Shown here piece after piece: positions 23,862-36,280 of a stretch of DNA of 64,000 bases. The DNA lies in contig NC_043000.1 in assembly GCF_006345805.1 (NCBI RefSeq), positions 24,428,001 to 24,492,000 on the forward strand, given 5' to 3'. A program made the position numbers and the translations under genes. The notes below the pieces were generated by a model, which saw only the letters and a list, made by a program, of their open reading frames with translations, was not told the DNA's origin and searched no databases. The stretch's first letter is position 1. Each line of letters begins with the position of its first letter. Source of the stretch: Octopus sinensis. Taxonomy: Eukaryota.

Positions 23862-25719
23862 GTAGAACCATTCTGACCTGTTTGATTTTTGTGGTATTAG
23901 TTTTGTTCTGAGTAATCAGCACCATTTTGCTTTGCTTTCCTTTCCACTAGTATCAGGTAAAATCAAGGTGAAGCAGGTATGTTTCTTAAGCGGCAAAAGT
24001 TTGATGTTTTAATATGTAATAACAGGTATGCGATTAATAGACTTATTTATATAATTCGTTATCCTGCTGCAGTCAGCAATGCCACGCAGTGGCTGTTGTT
24101 GTTACCACTATCACTCTAGTACTACTATCTATGATTAGAACTTGATGTCGGCTTATATAAACTTTTAGAGAAACTTCACATGTCAACACTAACGAAGCTG
24201 CTCTCTTTTGCTGCTATGTACAACTTTGAAAGATATTCCTGAAGAAGTAGTTAAACTTTTCCATTTTTTTAAAGAAGCAAGTAAAAACAGGAGGCAAACT
24301 CCTTCCAACTGATGTGTATATGTCGCTAAGACATACCAATTGGTAGAAGACAGAAGCAGAAAAGTTGTCAAGACTAGAATTGTTTTTCTTAGTAGCTTTT
24401 GACATAAGAAAGTGGTTAGTGGTGGTATCCACCTCTTCTAACCATAGTAGCCATTGTGTGTGATGAAGTCAAGACTAGCAGCAGATAATAAACATGTGTA
24501 GTGGGGGGAAAGGGATATAAAGGAGGATGTAGAGAAGGAAAGATAGAGTAAAGGCAAAGAAACAAGAAACCTAAGGGTTGATGCTGCTGCTACTGATGCT
24601 GCTGCTGCTACTGCTGGTAAGACAGAAGGAGCGGGAGGCCTGACACCAAAGTAACACATGGGATGGCTGACTAAGCCAGACAGGAATAATAATAATAAAA
24701 ATAAAATAAACTAAAATAAAAGCTCTCTTGGGCTTGTGTTAAAGGAGTGGATTTCACTATCAGTAGAGTGCGAAGAAAGCTTGAAGGACACATATGTGGC
24801 TGGTTGGCTGTCTGTCTGTCGGCCTGACTGGCTGGCTGACTGACTGACTGGCAGCAAGCAAGATTCTGAAATTTGGGTGAAGGAAAACAAATAAGTAAAA
24901 GAAAAACCCAAACATCAACAATAACAAAGAGGCTAAAATATTAACTAAGAAATCCTTGTCCTTATCTTCTAAAAGGTGCTGCTTGTATAATATAGAACTA
25001 TAACAGTGTGTGACTCTTTTAGTAAGTAGAATAGCACCAGAGATTTACTTGAGAAATGGGGGATTTAAATCACTGTTCTTTTTCTTAACATGAATATTTT
25101 ACTTTATCAAAATCTACAGAAGAGAACAAAAGATCTGCCAGGATTTCAGGCTCTTTTATTCCTTTGGCTGCACAACACAATGACTGAAATTTAACTCCTT
25201 GTTTCCTTGTTTTTAGCAGACAAATCAAGGAAAATTATTTATGATAAACAACAGAAGAATGATAAATTGAGTGTTACTATCAGGGGTTCTTATTATTACT
25301 GTTTTTGTTGTTATTGTTTTGTGATTAATTCTAGACAAAGAGTGAGGAAGATGTAATTTAAAAACAATCAGAAGAATTATCTGATCCACACATTTTGTTT
25401 ATAAGAGGAACAGTTAAGTTGATATGATTTTTCCCCTTTAAATCTGAACAAATAAGTGAAGTTAAGTTTTCAGAAATCACTTATTATTCAGAGGAAGAAT
25501 AAGACAGTCAATAAACCCTGAGAAAATAAAAAGTTTCCAGTAATAATTTATATTCGGAGTATAATAACTTCCACCATTATTAAATTAGTGCGAATGATAA
25601 AGTCTTCAGAAATATTTTTGGAATAAGGCTACATACAACTACTGTCAATAAATCTTGTGCAATCTAGTGATAATATTCCAAAACTATAACAATAGCTAAT
25701 TTATTTATTTATTTTTTAG

Positions 25720-25779
25720 TATTGGCAGCAGTCTGCCTTGACAACAACATGGAAGGCTTGGATAGAAGATTTCCTTGCT
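25720..25779 (+). CDS. Candidate internal exon of gene 1 (YWQQSALTTTWKAWIEDFLA)
   Basis: Acceptor TTTATTTTTTAG, donor GCT|GTATGT, 60 nt, phase 0 to 0. Confidence 0.55.
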
Positions 25780-26380
25780 GTATGTCGCAACATAAATTAT
25801 GTTCTTCACAATAACAGCACAGACTAGAGACTGACAAAGAGGTCTAATAAAAAACAGTGAAAGTGTTTTGGCACAGGATTAAGAAATTAATTCACTGTTA
25901 ATACATTAGAACATTGTTATATTAGAGATGACTATTGTCAAGAAAGCACCATGTTGTTTTCCTTAATGTATGCCTTAGGGTGATTTTGCAGTGACACAGC
26001 TGTAGAGAGATCAAACACTTTATTTGTGACATATTTAGTTGCTTCTAAGTTTCTATCTCATCATTATTGCTCTCTAATGAATGATTAAATGATGATATTA
26101 TCAGATTGAACATTATTATAGTTTAGCATAGACAGATATGTTAGAACTGTGCTTTGAAAATAAATACCTGGATAGGCAAATATTGAGAGAGGGAGGTTTT
26201 TAAAAAATTTCTGAAATAGTTTAAAATTTTGGTGTCACTTTATGAAACATTCTTGAACCTGCTTGCTGTAAAAGTTTTTGCTTGTTTTTCATCCATTTTT
26301 CCATAGTTGCATGGGTTGGATAAATGTGTTATTTGAAACATTGTTTTACAGACAGGTGACAATCCTGGGATCCCCTAAAA

Positions 26381-26675
26381 CAGTGCTTCTCAAAATATCT
26401 GATGTGGCATACCAGCAGTTTTTTTCCCCAATGTGCCAAGGACCAAAAATATTTCTTAGTAATATTAATTTATACAATATATATAATGAATATATAGGCA
26501 CAGGAGTGGCTGTGTGGTAAGTAGCTTGTTTACCAGCCACATGGTTCCGGGTTCATTTCCATTGCATGGCACCTTGGGCAAGTGTCTTCTACTATAGCCT
26601 CGAACCGACCAAAGCCTTGTGAGTGGATTTGGTAGACGGAAACTGAAAGAAGCCTATTGTGTGTGTATATATATA

Positions 26676-26719
<44 letters not shown>

Positions 26720-27121
26720 ATATGTTTGTGTGTCTGTGTTTGTCCCCCCAACATCGCTTGACAGTCGATGGTGGTGTGTTTATGTTCCTGTAACTTAGCA
26801 GTTCAGCAAAAGAGACTGATAGAATAAGTACTAGGCTTCCAATGAATAAGTCCTGGGGTCAATTTGCTCGACTAAAGGCAGTGCTCCAGCATGGCCACAA
26901 TCAAATGACTGAAACAAGTAAAAGAGTAAAGAGTATAATAAAAGTTGACAATTTTTTTTTTTATCTTATATTTATTTTGTGCCCAAATAATACAATATTA
27001 CATAAGCATTTTAATAAGCATTTTATAATGATTCTTTATTTTCTGTAAATTCACCATGTACCAGCAGCTGATGGCTCATGGACCGGTGCTGGTCTGCAGA
27101 CCACCATTTTGAGTAGCACTG
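26381..27121. mobile_element. hAT-like MITE containing SINE A
   Basis: TIRs CAGTGCTTCTCAAA (26381) and TTTGAGTAGCACTG (ending 27121), 13/14 match; TSD decayed. Confidence 0.6.
26497..26934 (+). mobile_element. SINE family A, full length, nested in a hAT-like MITE
   Basis: Head GGAGTGGCTGTGTGGTAAG to tail GAAACAAGTAAAAGAG. Confidence 0.9.
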
Positions 27122-27235
27122 TTCTAGCAGACACTTAAAACAAGGGAGATAATAATTTCTTTGTAATATTTGGCAGGATTAGGAAAGTGAATTTGAAATT
27201 TAGGAATAAGGAAGAAGCATGGAATATACACACTC

Positions 27236-27440
27236 TTTACTTTTTTACTTGTTTCAGTCATTTGACTGTGGCCATGCTGGAGCACCACCTTTAGTTGAGC
27301 AAATCGACTCCAGGACTTATTCTTTGTAAGCCTAGTACTTATTCTATCAGTTTCTTTTGCTGAACCGCTAAGTGATGGGGACATAAACACACTAACATTG
27401 GTTGTCAAGCGATGTTGGGGGGACAAACATAGACACACAT
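27236..27440 (-). mobile_element. SINE family A 3' half
   Basis: Tail matches other copies. Confidence 0.85.
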
Positions 27441-27781
27441 GGTTATCTGCAACATCAATGACTGAAAAGACAGTTATTCTATATCTCATCTGTAGTGAGG
27501 TTTGGTTGGTATGTGGTGACCAGACAGCTGCCATTGAAGAAGTGCAATATATTGAAATCATGTGATCTGGAAGTTTCAGCTTCTATGCTCTTAACACTGT
27601 ACATCTATTTGAGAAGTCCTCACAAGGTGAATACCATGGTATTTGACATTCTAACAACATAGCCATGTTAAGTTGGATATAAAGACTTTACAGAATATAA
27701 TTTTGTCGACTGAAATCCTACTGGTGTCAACTTTAGCTGTTGTCATTTGAAGCTCAATCAATAAATAACTGTAATATCTTT

Positions 27782-28095
27782 CATCTTTTACTTGTTTCAG
27801 TCGTTAGACAGTGACCATACAGGGGCAAAAAAAAACTTTAGTTGAATGAATTGTCCCCAGTACATATTCTTTAAAGCTTAGCAATTATTCTGTTGGTCCC
27901 TTTTGCCAAACTGCTGAGTTACAAGGACATAAACACACCAACACAAAGGCATTCACATGCACACACACATAAGATGGGCTTCTTTCAGTTTCTGTTGACC
28001 AAATCCACTCACAAGGCTTTGGTAGAAGATACTTACCCAAGGTGCCACACTGTAGGACAGAACCCAGAACCGTGTGGTTGGGAAGCAAGACACAC
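27782..28095 (-). mobile_element. SINE family A, diverged
   Basis: Head and tail both recognisable. Confidence 0.8.
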
Positions 28096-29079
28096 TTCTT
28101 GGCATTGCATGAAGAAGTTGTTATAAATTCTATGTAGAAATTACCGAAAACATAGCAAAGGCAAATCTGAAATCTCATTTGAATCTATTTCAAAACGAGT
28201 GTGACTGTGTGGTTGAAAAGCTTGCTTCCCAACCATGTGATCTTGGATTCAGTCACACTGTGTGCTACTTTGGGTAAGTGTCTTCTATTATAACACTGGG
28301 CCAACCAGAGAGTTTGTTAAATGTGTGTCTGTGTACCCTTGTCATGACAGCATATGGTGGTTGTAAATGAGCATCACTTTCATAAAAGAGATGGGGTTCA
28401 TTTTCAGTCTTCTGTGGAAAATATGTCAAGCTGTGGGAAATATTAGCTTGCTTGGAAAGGGGATCAGGCTGCAGAAAATCTGCCTCTACAAAATTCTGAC
28501 AGACCCATGCAAGCATGGCTATATGGATACCAAATAATGATGAGATTGATAATGTAGAGAAGGCTCTCAGTATTAAGGTATGATAGGCCAGAGGAAATTC
28601 TGCATGCTTCACACTTGCACCTGGTGGTGGTGGTGATGGACTGGCTTTGTCCACCACCCTAATCAGGCAATGCTTCTGTTTCACACTTTGAACAAAAAAC
28701 AAGAGCCTTTAGGCCAGATATGGTGGCTTAAATGCTAAGGGTTTAAAAACTTCACTTACGAATCTCATTCCTTCTCTCATATAAGTTTAAATTCTTGTGT
28801 GAATATATACAAATCAAAGAGTCAAAGCTATACACAAGCTCCATTGTACAGGGCCATCTTAGCAGTCTAGTAGGCCCTCAGGAAAATCAATGCACTGGGT
28901 CCTATCATATTATTTAATGACAGTAAGGCACATCACATATATAGATCCGAAGTGGGCCCCTAAACCTGTGAGACTCTCAGGCAACTGTCTCATGTGCATA
29001 TGTCTTAAGACAGTACTGCTTTACTATTCATAAAATGTTGATGTTGGGAAACACAACAATATATTTCTTATATTTTATG

Positions 29080-29407
29080 ACTAAAGTCTGGCATTCTGTC
29101 GGTTTCGATAACAAGGGTTCCAGTTGATTTGTTCAACGGAACAGCCTGTTTGAGAAATTAACACGCAAGTGGCTGAGCGTGCCAAAGACACACATACCCT
29201 TAATGTAGTTCTCAGAGAGATTCAGAGTGACACAGAATGTGACAAGGTTGACTCTTTGAGATACAAGAACTAACCATTTTGCCAGCTGAGTGAATTAGAA
29301 CATTAGGGAACAAGGTGTCTTGCTCAATGACACATGTCACTGGGAATTGAACTCATACCCTTACGATCATGAGCTGAATACCCTAACCACTAAGCCATAA
29401 GCCTTCA
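29080..29407 (-). mobile_element. SINE family C (tRNA-like head TGGCTTAGTGGTTAG...GAGTTCAATTCCC)
   Basis: Second copy at about 54150-54477; fragment near 11790-11880. Confidence 0.75.
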
Positions 29408-30177
29408 CTTGTTATTTTCTAACAATTTAGCAACTGCATAAAGGCTTTCTATTGTTGGCTTTTGATTGAAGAACCTGCACAAGACACTGGTTTTGAGTTA
29501 AAATCGTAGCAATGTAATGTTTGAAATATGAGAAAGACATTTCATTTTACCAAGATGTTTGGAATTTAAATTTTCAGCAGATTGGAAAATGAGATTCAGA
29601 AAATAAGAAACTACAACACAAAAAAAAAAAAAATATCTAACAAACAAAAAAAAACTTCAGTCCAGTTGTCTTTTTAGAATTATTTTTTTAGAATTAAAAT
29701 TATTTTGAAGTTTTACAATGTAAAGAACAAAATGAAACAAGAAAATAAGAAACTATGTCTTCCCTCGACTACACTCTGACACACCCTTTGCTTTAGTGCA
29801 AGGAATTAACTAATGGTGATAAAAAAAATGTCAACCCAAATATGGGGCATCAAATGAAATATGTAGACAGTCTCTTAGAAAAACAAAGCCGCTTGCTGTT
29901 ATTATCACAATATTAAAAGAAAATATGGAAAAAAAAAACTAATTGAAAAGAAGAAAAATTAAAAGTCAACAACCCATACAAATAATACGTGTGTGTGTGT
30001 GTGTAATTTTCTTCTCTGTTACATGCAAACATAAGTTCATAAGTTGGAGAGATTCATTCATGTTTAAAATATAGTCATTATTGAATTACATACACACACA
30101 CACATACATACAAATATATAAAATGTTAAGTGTGCATGAGTTTATGTGCATATGATGTATATATATATATATATATA

Positions 30178-30505
30178 TCATCATCATCATCGTTTAACGT
30201 CCGTTCTCCATGCTAGCATGGGTTGGACGGTTCGACCGGGGATCTGGGAAGCCAGAAGGCTGCACCAGGCTCCGGTCTTATCTGGCAATGTTTCTACAGA
30301 TGGATGCCCTTCCTAATGCCAACCACTCCGTGAGTGTAGTGGGTGCTTTTTACATGCCACCTGCACTGGTGCCAGGCGAGGCTGGCATCGGCCATGGTCG
30401 GATTGGTGCATTTTACGTGCCACCGGCATGGAAGCCAGTCGAGGCGGCACTGGCTTCGGCCACGATTCGGATGATGCTTTTTACGTGCCACCAACACGGA
30501 AGCCA
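30178..30505 (-). mobile_element. RTE 3' tail copy
   Basis: Matches the 58063 3'UTR. Confidence 0.9.
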
Positions 30506-30530
30506 GTGTGTGTGTGTGTATATATATATA

Positions 30531-30917
30531 TTCTTTTGTTTGTTTCAGTCATTTGATTGTGGCCATGCTGGAGCACCGCCTTTAGTCGAACAAATCAACC
30601 CCAGAACTTATTCTTTGTAAGCCTTGTACTTATCCTTTCGGTCTATTTTGCTGAACTGCTAAGTTACGGGGATATAAACACACCACCTTCGTTTATCAAG
30701 CAATGGTGGGGGTACAAACATACACATACAACAATATACACACACACATATATATACGATGGGCGTCTTTCAGTTTCTGTCTACCAAATCCACTCACAAG
30801 GCTTTGGTCGGCCTGAGACTATAGTAGAAGACACTTGCCCAAGATGCCATGCAGTGGGAATGAACCCAGAACCATGTTGTTGGTAAGCAAGCTACTTACC
30901 ATACAGCCACTCCTGTG

Positions 30918-30920
<3 letters not shown>
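30531..30920 (-). mobile_element. SINE family A, full length
   Basis: Matches other copies. Confidence 0.9.
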
Positions 30921-30954
<34 letters not shown>

Positions 30955-31290
30955 ATATGATACACACTCACACACATATATATATCTTCCCATGTCTTCC
31001 ATACTCTGAGTTGGATGGTTTGACAGGAGCTGGCAAGCCAGAGGACTGTACCAAGCTTCACTGTCTGTTTTGACATGGTTTTTATGGCTGGATGCTCTAG
31101 CACCATATATATATCAATATATATATATATATATATATATATGTTACACTATCTATCTTACACATGTTTGGCTTTAAAAATGGAAGAAACAGAATTCAGT
31201 TTATAAAACAGAATATATATACTGTTTTTTTTAACACTGTTTCACTCATTTTTTCGTATTCTGTGGCTTACTCTTTCTTTGATTTTGTAG

Positions 31291-31317
31291 TATCTGAGAG
31301 TGAATGAAGTCTTGTGA
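31291..31317 (+). CDS. Candidate terminal coding exon of gene 1 (YLRVNEVL-stop)
   Basis: Strong acceptor CTCTTTCTTTGATTTTGTAG, phase 0, TGA at 31315-31317, AATAAA at 31393-31398. Confidence 0.45.
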   Translation, partial: YLRVNEVL

Positions 31318-31895
31318 ATGGCCCGAAATACCTTCAGTTAAACTGGCAACTGAATGGCATCATTATTCTACTTAATTTTTAATTTATTCATTAATAAATT
31401 AGATTTTTTAACCATTTTAGATATAAGCACTTAAATATTTTTTTTAAATATCACCCTACCAAATACATTTGTATATTTAATTGTCTTCATTAACACATCC
31501 AATCAAATGCTTCCTTGTTATTTTCATTTTTTTAAAAGAATATTTTTATGAACAGTTTCCCGTTTCACTTCTCAGATTTTGTTTGAGAATCTAACAAGAA
31601 ACTGAAAGTAAAGAAACTTTGAATCTTCAACATTTGCCTTTTTTCTAAACATTTACACTGATGCCTTTGTATTCAGTATTTACACACACATATACACACA
31701 ATTATTCTATATATTCTTTGAATAGTTTCAGTTACTGGACTGTAGCCAGGCTAGGGCAATGCCTTTAAGTACTTTTTTTTTTTTTACTTATTTCAGTCTC
31801 ATAATTATCTTAATGACCCTCTTTTGTTGAACCACAAAGTTATGGGATATGAAAGTAACACCAGATTGTATATTGTAAATATGCAAGGGCTGATC

Positions 31896-32125
31896 TTAGC
31901 CCTTTTGATACCAACCTTGCTGAAACTGCCTCTGGCTCTGTAGAACAACTGTCTTGTTTGTATCAGTTTTGAATTAAAATCTTCCACCAAACCTTAGTCG
32001 CAATTTATGTTCCTAACACTAGCTTAATGATAACTAAGTTATTTTACTAAATTCTTTGTTATATCTAAAACTAATTGAAAGAAACACAGAGCATCTCAAC
32101 AGAAATACGGTAACAAAAGGATTAA
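31896..32125. mobile_element. piggyBac-type MITE family 2
   Basis: TTAG-CCCTTTTGATACC...GGTAACAAAAGGA-TTAA; second copy at 36669-36887. Confidence 0.7.
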
Positions 32126-32129
32126 AAGT

Positions 32130-32555
32130 ATCATGACTGGTGCTATAGAAAGAAGACTACAACACATATCAATTCGGAACTTAATCTCCTTTGAAATAAT
32201 CCCCTTCTGGAGCCACACGCTTTAGCCAGTGTCATTTCCATTGATGGAAGCATTCATGGAACCCCTTTGTTTTTGGAAATAACAAGCAGCTGCTTTGCCA
32301 CATCCTTTGGATTTCCTTGATAACTTGAAATTTTCTCTGCCATGGTCACTGATGGATCCTCTATGGTGTGGTGAGATGACCACACTCTACACACTTTACT
32401 TTCAAGCACTGCCATAAACAACGGAAGTGAGAATGTTAAAACTTAGTATGCATGTGAGACAGAGTTCAAGGTCAACTTGTGCCAAATTACTTCGCTCTGC
32501 GTATTTCAGCTCCGTTACCATAGCAGCAGTCTCTATACTTTTTGATCAGACCTCG
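32130..32555 (-). mobile_element. Internally deleted mariner element
   Basis: TIR-like CGAGGTCTGATCAAAAAGT starting at 32555; 32188-32262 translates FHECFHQWK*HWLKRVAPEGDYFKG, like a mariner transposase C-terminus. Confidence 0.8.
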
Positions 32556-32999
32556 CGAACATATACAAGCACACATCATGCACATACATGTGTGCACACA
32601 ATATGCATCTCAATACTGTTCCATCTATTACATTCCACTGACAAAGTACTGGTCAGCCTGATACTATGACAGAAGGCATTTGACCAAAATTCCATGCAGT
32701 GACATCAAACTGGAATCACCTGGTTGCACGCAACACAAACTTTTTAACCACACAGCTTAGCAGTTTCATCCCAGCCTTAATAACAGTGTTGACTAAGGCA
32801 AACCGAAGAACTAAAAAAACACACACAGCATATGTGTTAGCAAAAGCAAAATATAAGACATACTTATATATACACACACATTAAAGGATATATGTCCAGA
32901 CATGCTCACATATATATGCAATCACACGCACACACACATCTACAGATCTTAAAGAGTTTAGAATTTAACAAAAGGAAAGCAGGAAAGCAATAATATACC

Positions 33000-33227
33000 T
33001 ATTTCTTTACAACCCACAAGGGGCTAAACACAGAGAGGACAAACAAGGACAGACAAACGGATTAAGTCGATTACATCGACCCCAGTGTGTAACTGGCACC
33101 TATTTAATCAACCCCGAAAGGATGAAAGGCAAATTCAACCTCGGCGGAATTTGAACTCAGAACGTAGCGGCAGACGAAATGCCGCTAAGCATTTCGCCCG
33201 GCGTGTTAACGATTCTGCCAGCTCGCC
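33000..33227 (-). mobile_element. SINE family B
   Basis: High similarity to other copies. Confidence 0.9.
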
Positions 33228-33499
33228 GGCTCCAAGAAACCAATAATATACTTATTAATAAATAAGCATGAAGTTTTGTAACATTTCTTTCTCCTCCCAT
33301 ACAACTACTACTACTACTACTACTACTATTACTACTACTGCTACTACTACTGAAGAATAACAATACAGTTGATAAGATTGTTTCTAATCTGCAAAAGTTG
33401 TGAATCTGAAGACAGAAAATCATGTAGAAAATTCTAATCTTATTTGATAAACAGACTTGTCTAAATATTTCCCCCAATTCTCTACAGCAATATTAACAC

Positions 33500-34075
33500 T
33501 AACTTTCACAGCACAGACACACAGACAGACGGAGACAAGCAGACAGACAGATACACCCACAACAGATACACTGCAAGATGTGTGAACACACACAAACACA
33601 CACACAAGTATGATCATACACTTCTCATATTCTATAAACATCCAAACATACATATACGTACACACACATACATGTATGTGCACAAAGGCTCACACCTACA
33701 ACTAGTACACTGCCAGACACACACACACACATGCACGCATAATCATATACATGCAACATCACAAACATAGATACACACATATACATACAAAGAGGCTCAC
33801 ACATACATACATATCCACATTATACAGACACACAACTACAAACACATAAATGCATGCATGTGCAAACACACACATACATGCACAAACACACAAACACAAA
33901 CTCACACACAACCACATACACATATAGGTAGACCCACAAACACATAAATACAAACACACATGTGTATGCAAACACACAGACACACAACTACAAACACACA
34001 TAAATACAAACACATATAAATACAAACATGCATACAGACACACATGCATATGCAAACACACACACACAGACAGAT
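33500..34075. repeat. Degenerate (CA)-rich tract
   Basis: Directly visible. Confidence 0.9.
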
Positions 34076-34459
34076 ATGTGCTAGAAATCATAGTTAAATA
34101 TTTCACAGGAAAATCACAGAGAAAAAAAATAACAGTAAAACTGTTAAAACTGAAGCCAACTTTACGGAAAATTAATAAATAAAAACCCCAAAAACAAAGG
34201 AAATGAACACAAACAAACAAACAAACAAATTGCCCGCCAAAAGTCTGTTATGAGATGTGCATGCTGCAAATGTAGAATTGCATATGCAGTAAAGATTAAG
34301 TAATCTCTATAGAACTGTCCTCCTGAAATTGAAGCAAGAATTCCTGCCAGACAGACTTTACTCCACCCATCTACCCCTCTCCCCCACTCGGCAAATTATC
34401 GACACAAACAGAAAAGAATGTTCTGCTAGGGTTACATCAGAACTGACAAAGGAAATGGT

Positions 34460-34707
34460 TTAGGTAGAGAGAGAGAGAAGGAGGTGGAATAGAAAGAATG
34501 GTAAAGTGAAAGAGAGTGAGTGGGTATGTGAGAGAGAAAGAGAGAGGAAGTGTTGAAGTGTGTGTATTTGAGAGAGAGTGAGGGAGGGGGAGTGTGTAAG
34601 AGAGTGAGAGTGTGTTAGAGAAAAAGAGAGAGATTGAGTGTTGGAGAGTGAGTGTGAATATATGTGTGCAAGAGAGGGGGACATGTTAAAGAGTGGGAGT
34701 ACATGTG

Positions 34708-34738
<31 letters not shown>

Positions 34739-34880
34739 GAAGGTGTTGTGCAAAAAGAGGAGAGAGAGCAGAGAGAGAGAGTGAGAGAAGAGAGAAGGGT
34801 ACAAAGAAAGAAGGAGAAAGATACAGAAAATGAGAGAGTAAATAATAAAGAGAGAGAGAAAGTGAGAAGATCTGAAGTGA
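34460..34880. repeat. Degenerate (GA)-rich tract
   Basis: Directly visible. Confidence 0.9.
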
Positions 34881-35340
34881 GGCATCACAAAAGGGTAGAG
34901 ACTTGAGATATAATATTATCAACTAAAAGACAATCTAATGAGGAATAAAAATTAATAGAAATAACGAGCAGAGTTCATTGAACTTTAATAATGTGAAACC
35001 GTAATTGGAACACTTTGGAAAAGTAATCTCCATTGTTGTTTGGGGAGTATTTTGATGCCGGTTTTCATTTTTGATGTAGGATAGGAAAATTGAACCAAAA
35101 TGTCTAAATACACACAAAGGTAAACAGAGAGGTAGGACTGATGACATAGAAGAAGAGTGAAAGAGGGGGAAGTGGGTTCAAAGAGGGACAGGTAGGCTTC
35201 TTAAGAGAGAAGTAAACTCAAAGACAGAGAGAGAGAGAGGTTGTTTCAGAGTTAGAGACAGAGAGGAGTAGCCTCAAAGTTGGTGGCATGGCTCAAAGAT
35301 AAAGGCAAGCTCAAAAACAGAGAGACAGGTTCGAAGGCAA

Positions 35341-35527
35341 TCATCATTATCATCGTTTAACATCCACTTTTCATGCTAGCATGGGTTGGACGATTTGACA
35401 GAGGACTGGTGATCCAGATAGCTGCACTAGGCTCCAGTCTGATCTGGCAGAGTTTCTACAGCTGGATGCCCTTCCTAATGCCAACCACTCCAAGAGTGTA
35501 GTGGATGCTTTTATGTGCCACTGGCAC
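35341..35527 (-). mobile_element. RTE 3' tail copy
   Basis: Matches the 58063 3'UTR. Confidence 0.9.
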
Positions 35528-35666
35528 CGTCTACCAAATCCACTCACAAGGCTTTGGTTGGCCCGAGGCTATAGTAGAAGACACTTGCCCAAGGTACCAC
35601 GCAGTGGGACTGAACCCGGAAACATGTGGTTGGTAAGCAAGCTACTTACCACACAGCCACTCCTGT
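35528..35666 (-). mobile_element. SINE family A head fused to an RTE tail
   Basis: Head only; joined directly to the RTE tail at 35527/35528. Confidence 0.85.
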
Positions 35667-36054
35667 GCCTTACTCTCTTTTTCCAATGAAAGTGAATTTC
35701 ATTTTGACAGAACAATCACTGAACTTATCCATTTCAGGTATTGAGAATTAAATCAATATTGTGGAACAGAAAATACAAAAAGTGACAATTCCTTTCCCAA
35801 TTAGAGTAGAAGACATAACCAAGTGGAGCAGTCTGCTCTAATATTAATATGGGAGAAAGACAAGATACTGACTGTCATCATCATTTTAACATCCACTTTT
35901 TTCATGTTTGCTTGGGTCTGATGGAATCTGTTGAGACAGATTTTCTATGGTTGGATGCTATTCCTGTCATCAACCCTCACTTGCTTCCAAGCACAGTATT
36001 TCCTCATGACCAAACATATTTCCAAGAACAACTGGAAATTGGAAACTAATGACA

Positions 36055-36280
36055 CCTATTTCTTTAAGACCCACAAGGGGCTAAACATAGAGGGGACAAA
36101 CAAGGACAGACAAACGGATTAAGTCGATTATATCGACCCCAGTGCATAACTGGTACTTAATTTATCAACCCCGAAAGGATGAAAGGCAAAGTTGACCTTG
36201 GCAGAATTTGAACTCAGAACGTAACGGCAGACAAAATACCGCTAGGCATTTCGCCCAGTGTGCTAACGTTTCTGCCAGCT
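36055..36280 (-). mobile_element. SINE family B
   Basis: High similarity to other copies. Confidence 0.9.

Noticed and set aside
23751-23925. Minus-strand ORF with a CQDCKCQTVYIQC LRRNT-like pattern and GTAATA donor
   Set aside because: Overlaps the better-supported plus-strand exon, and no downstream LRR exons were found
35711-35737. 27-nt plus-strand exon candidate (TITELIHF)
   Set aside because: Isolated, with no partner exons
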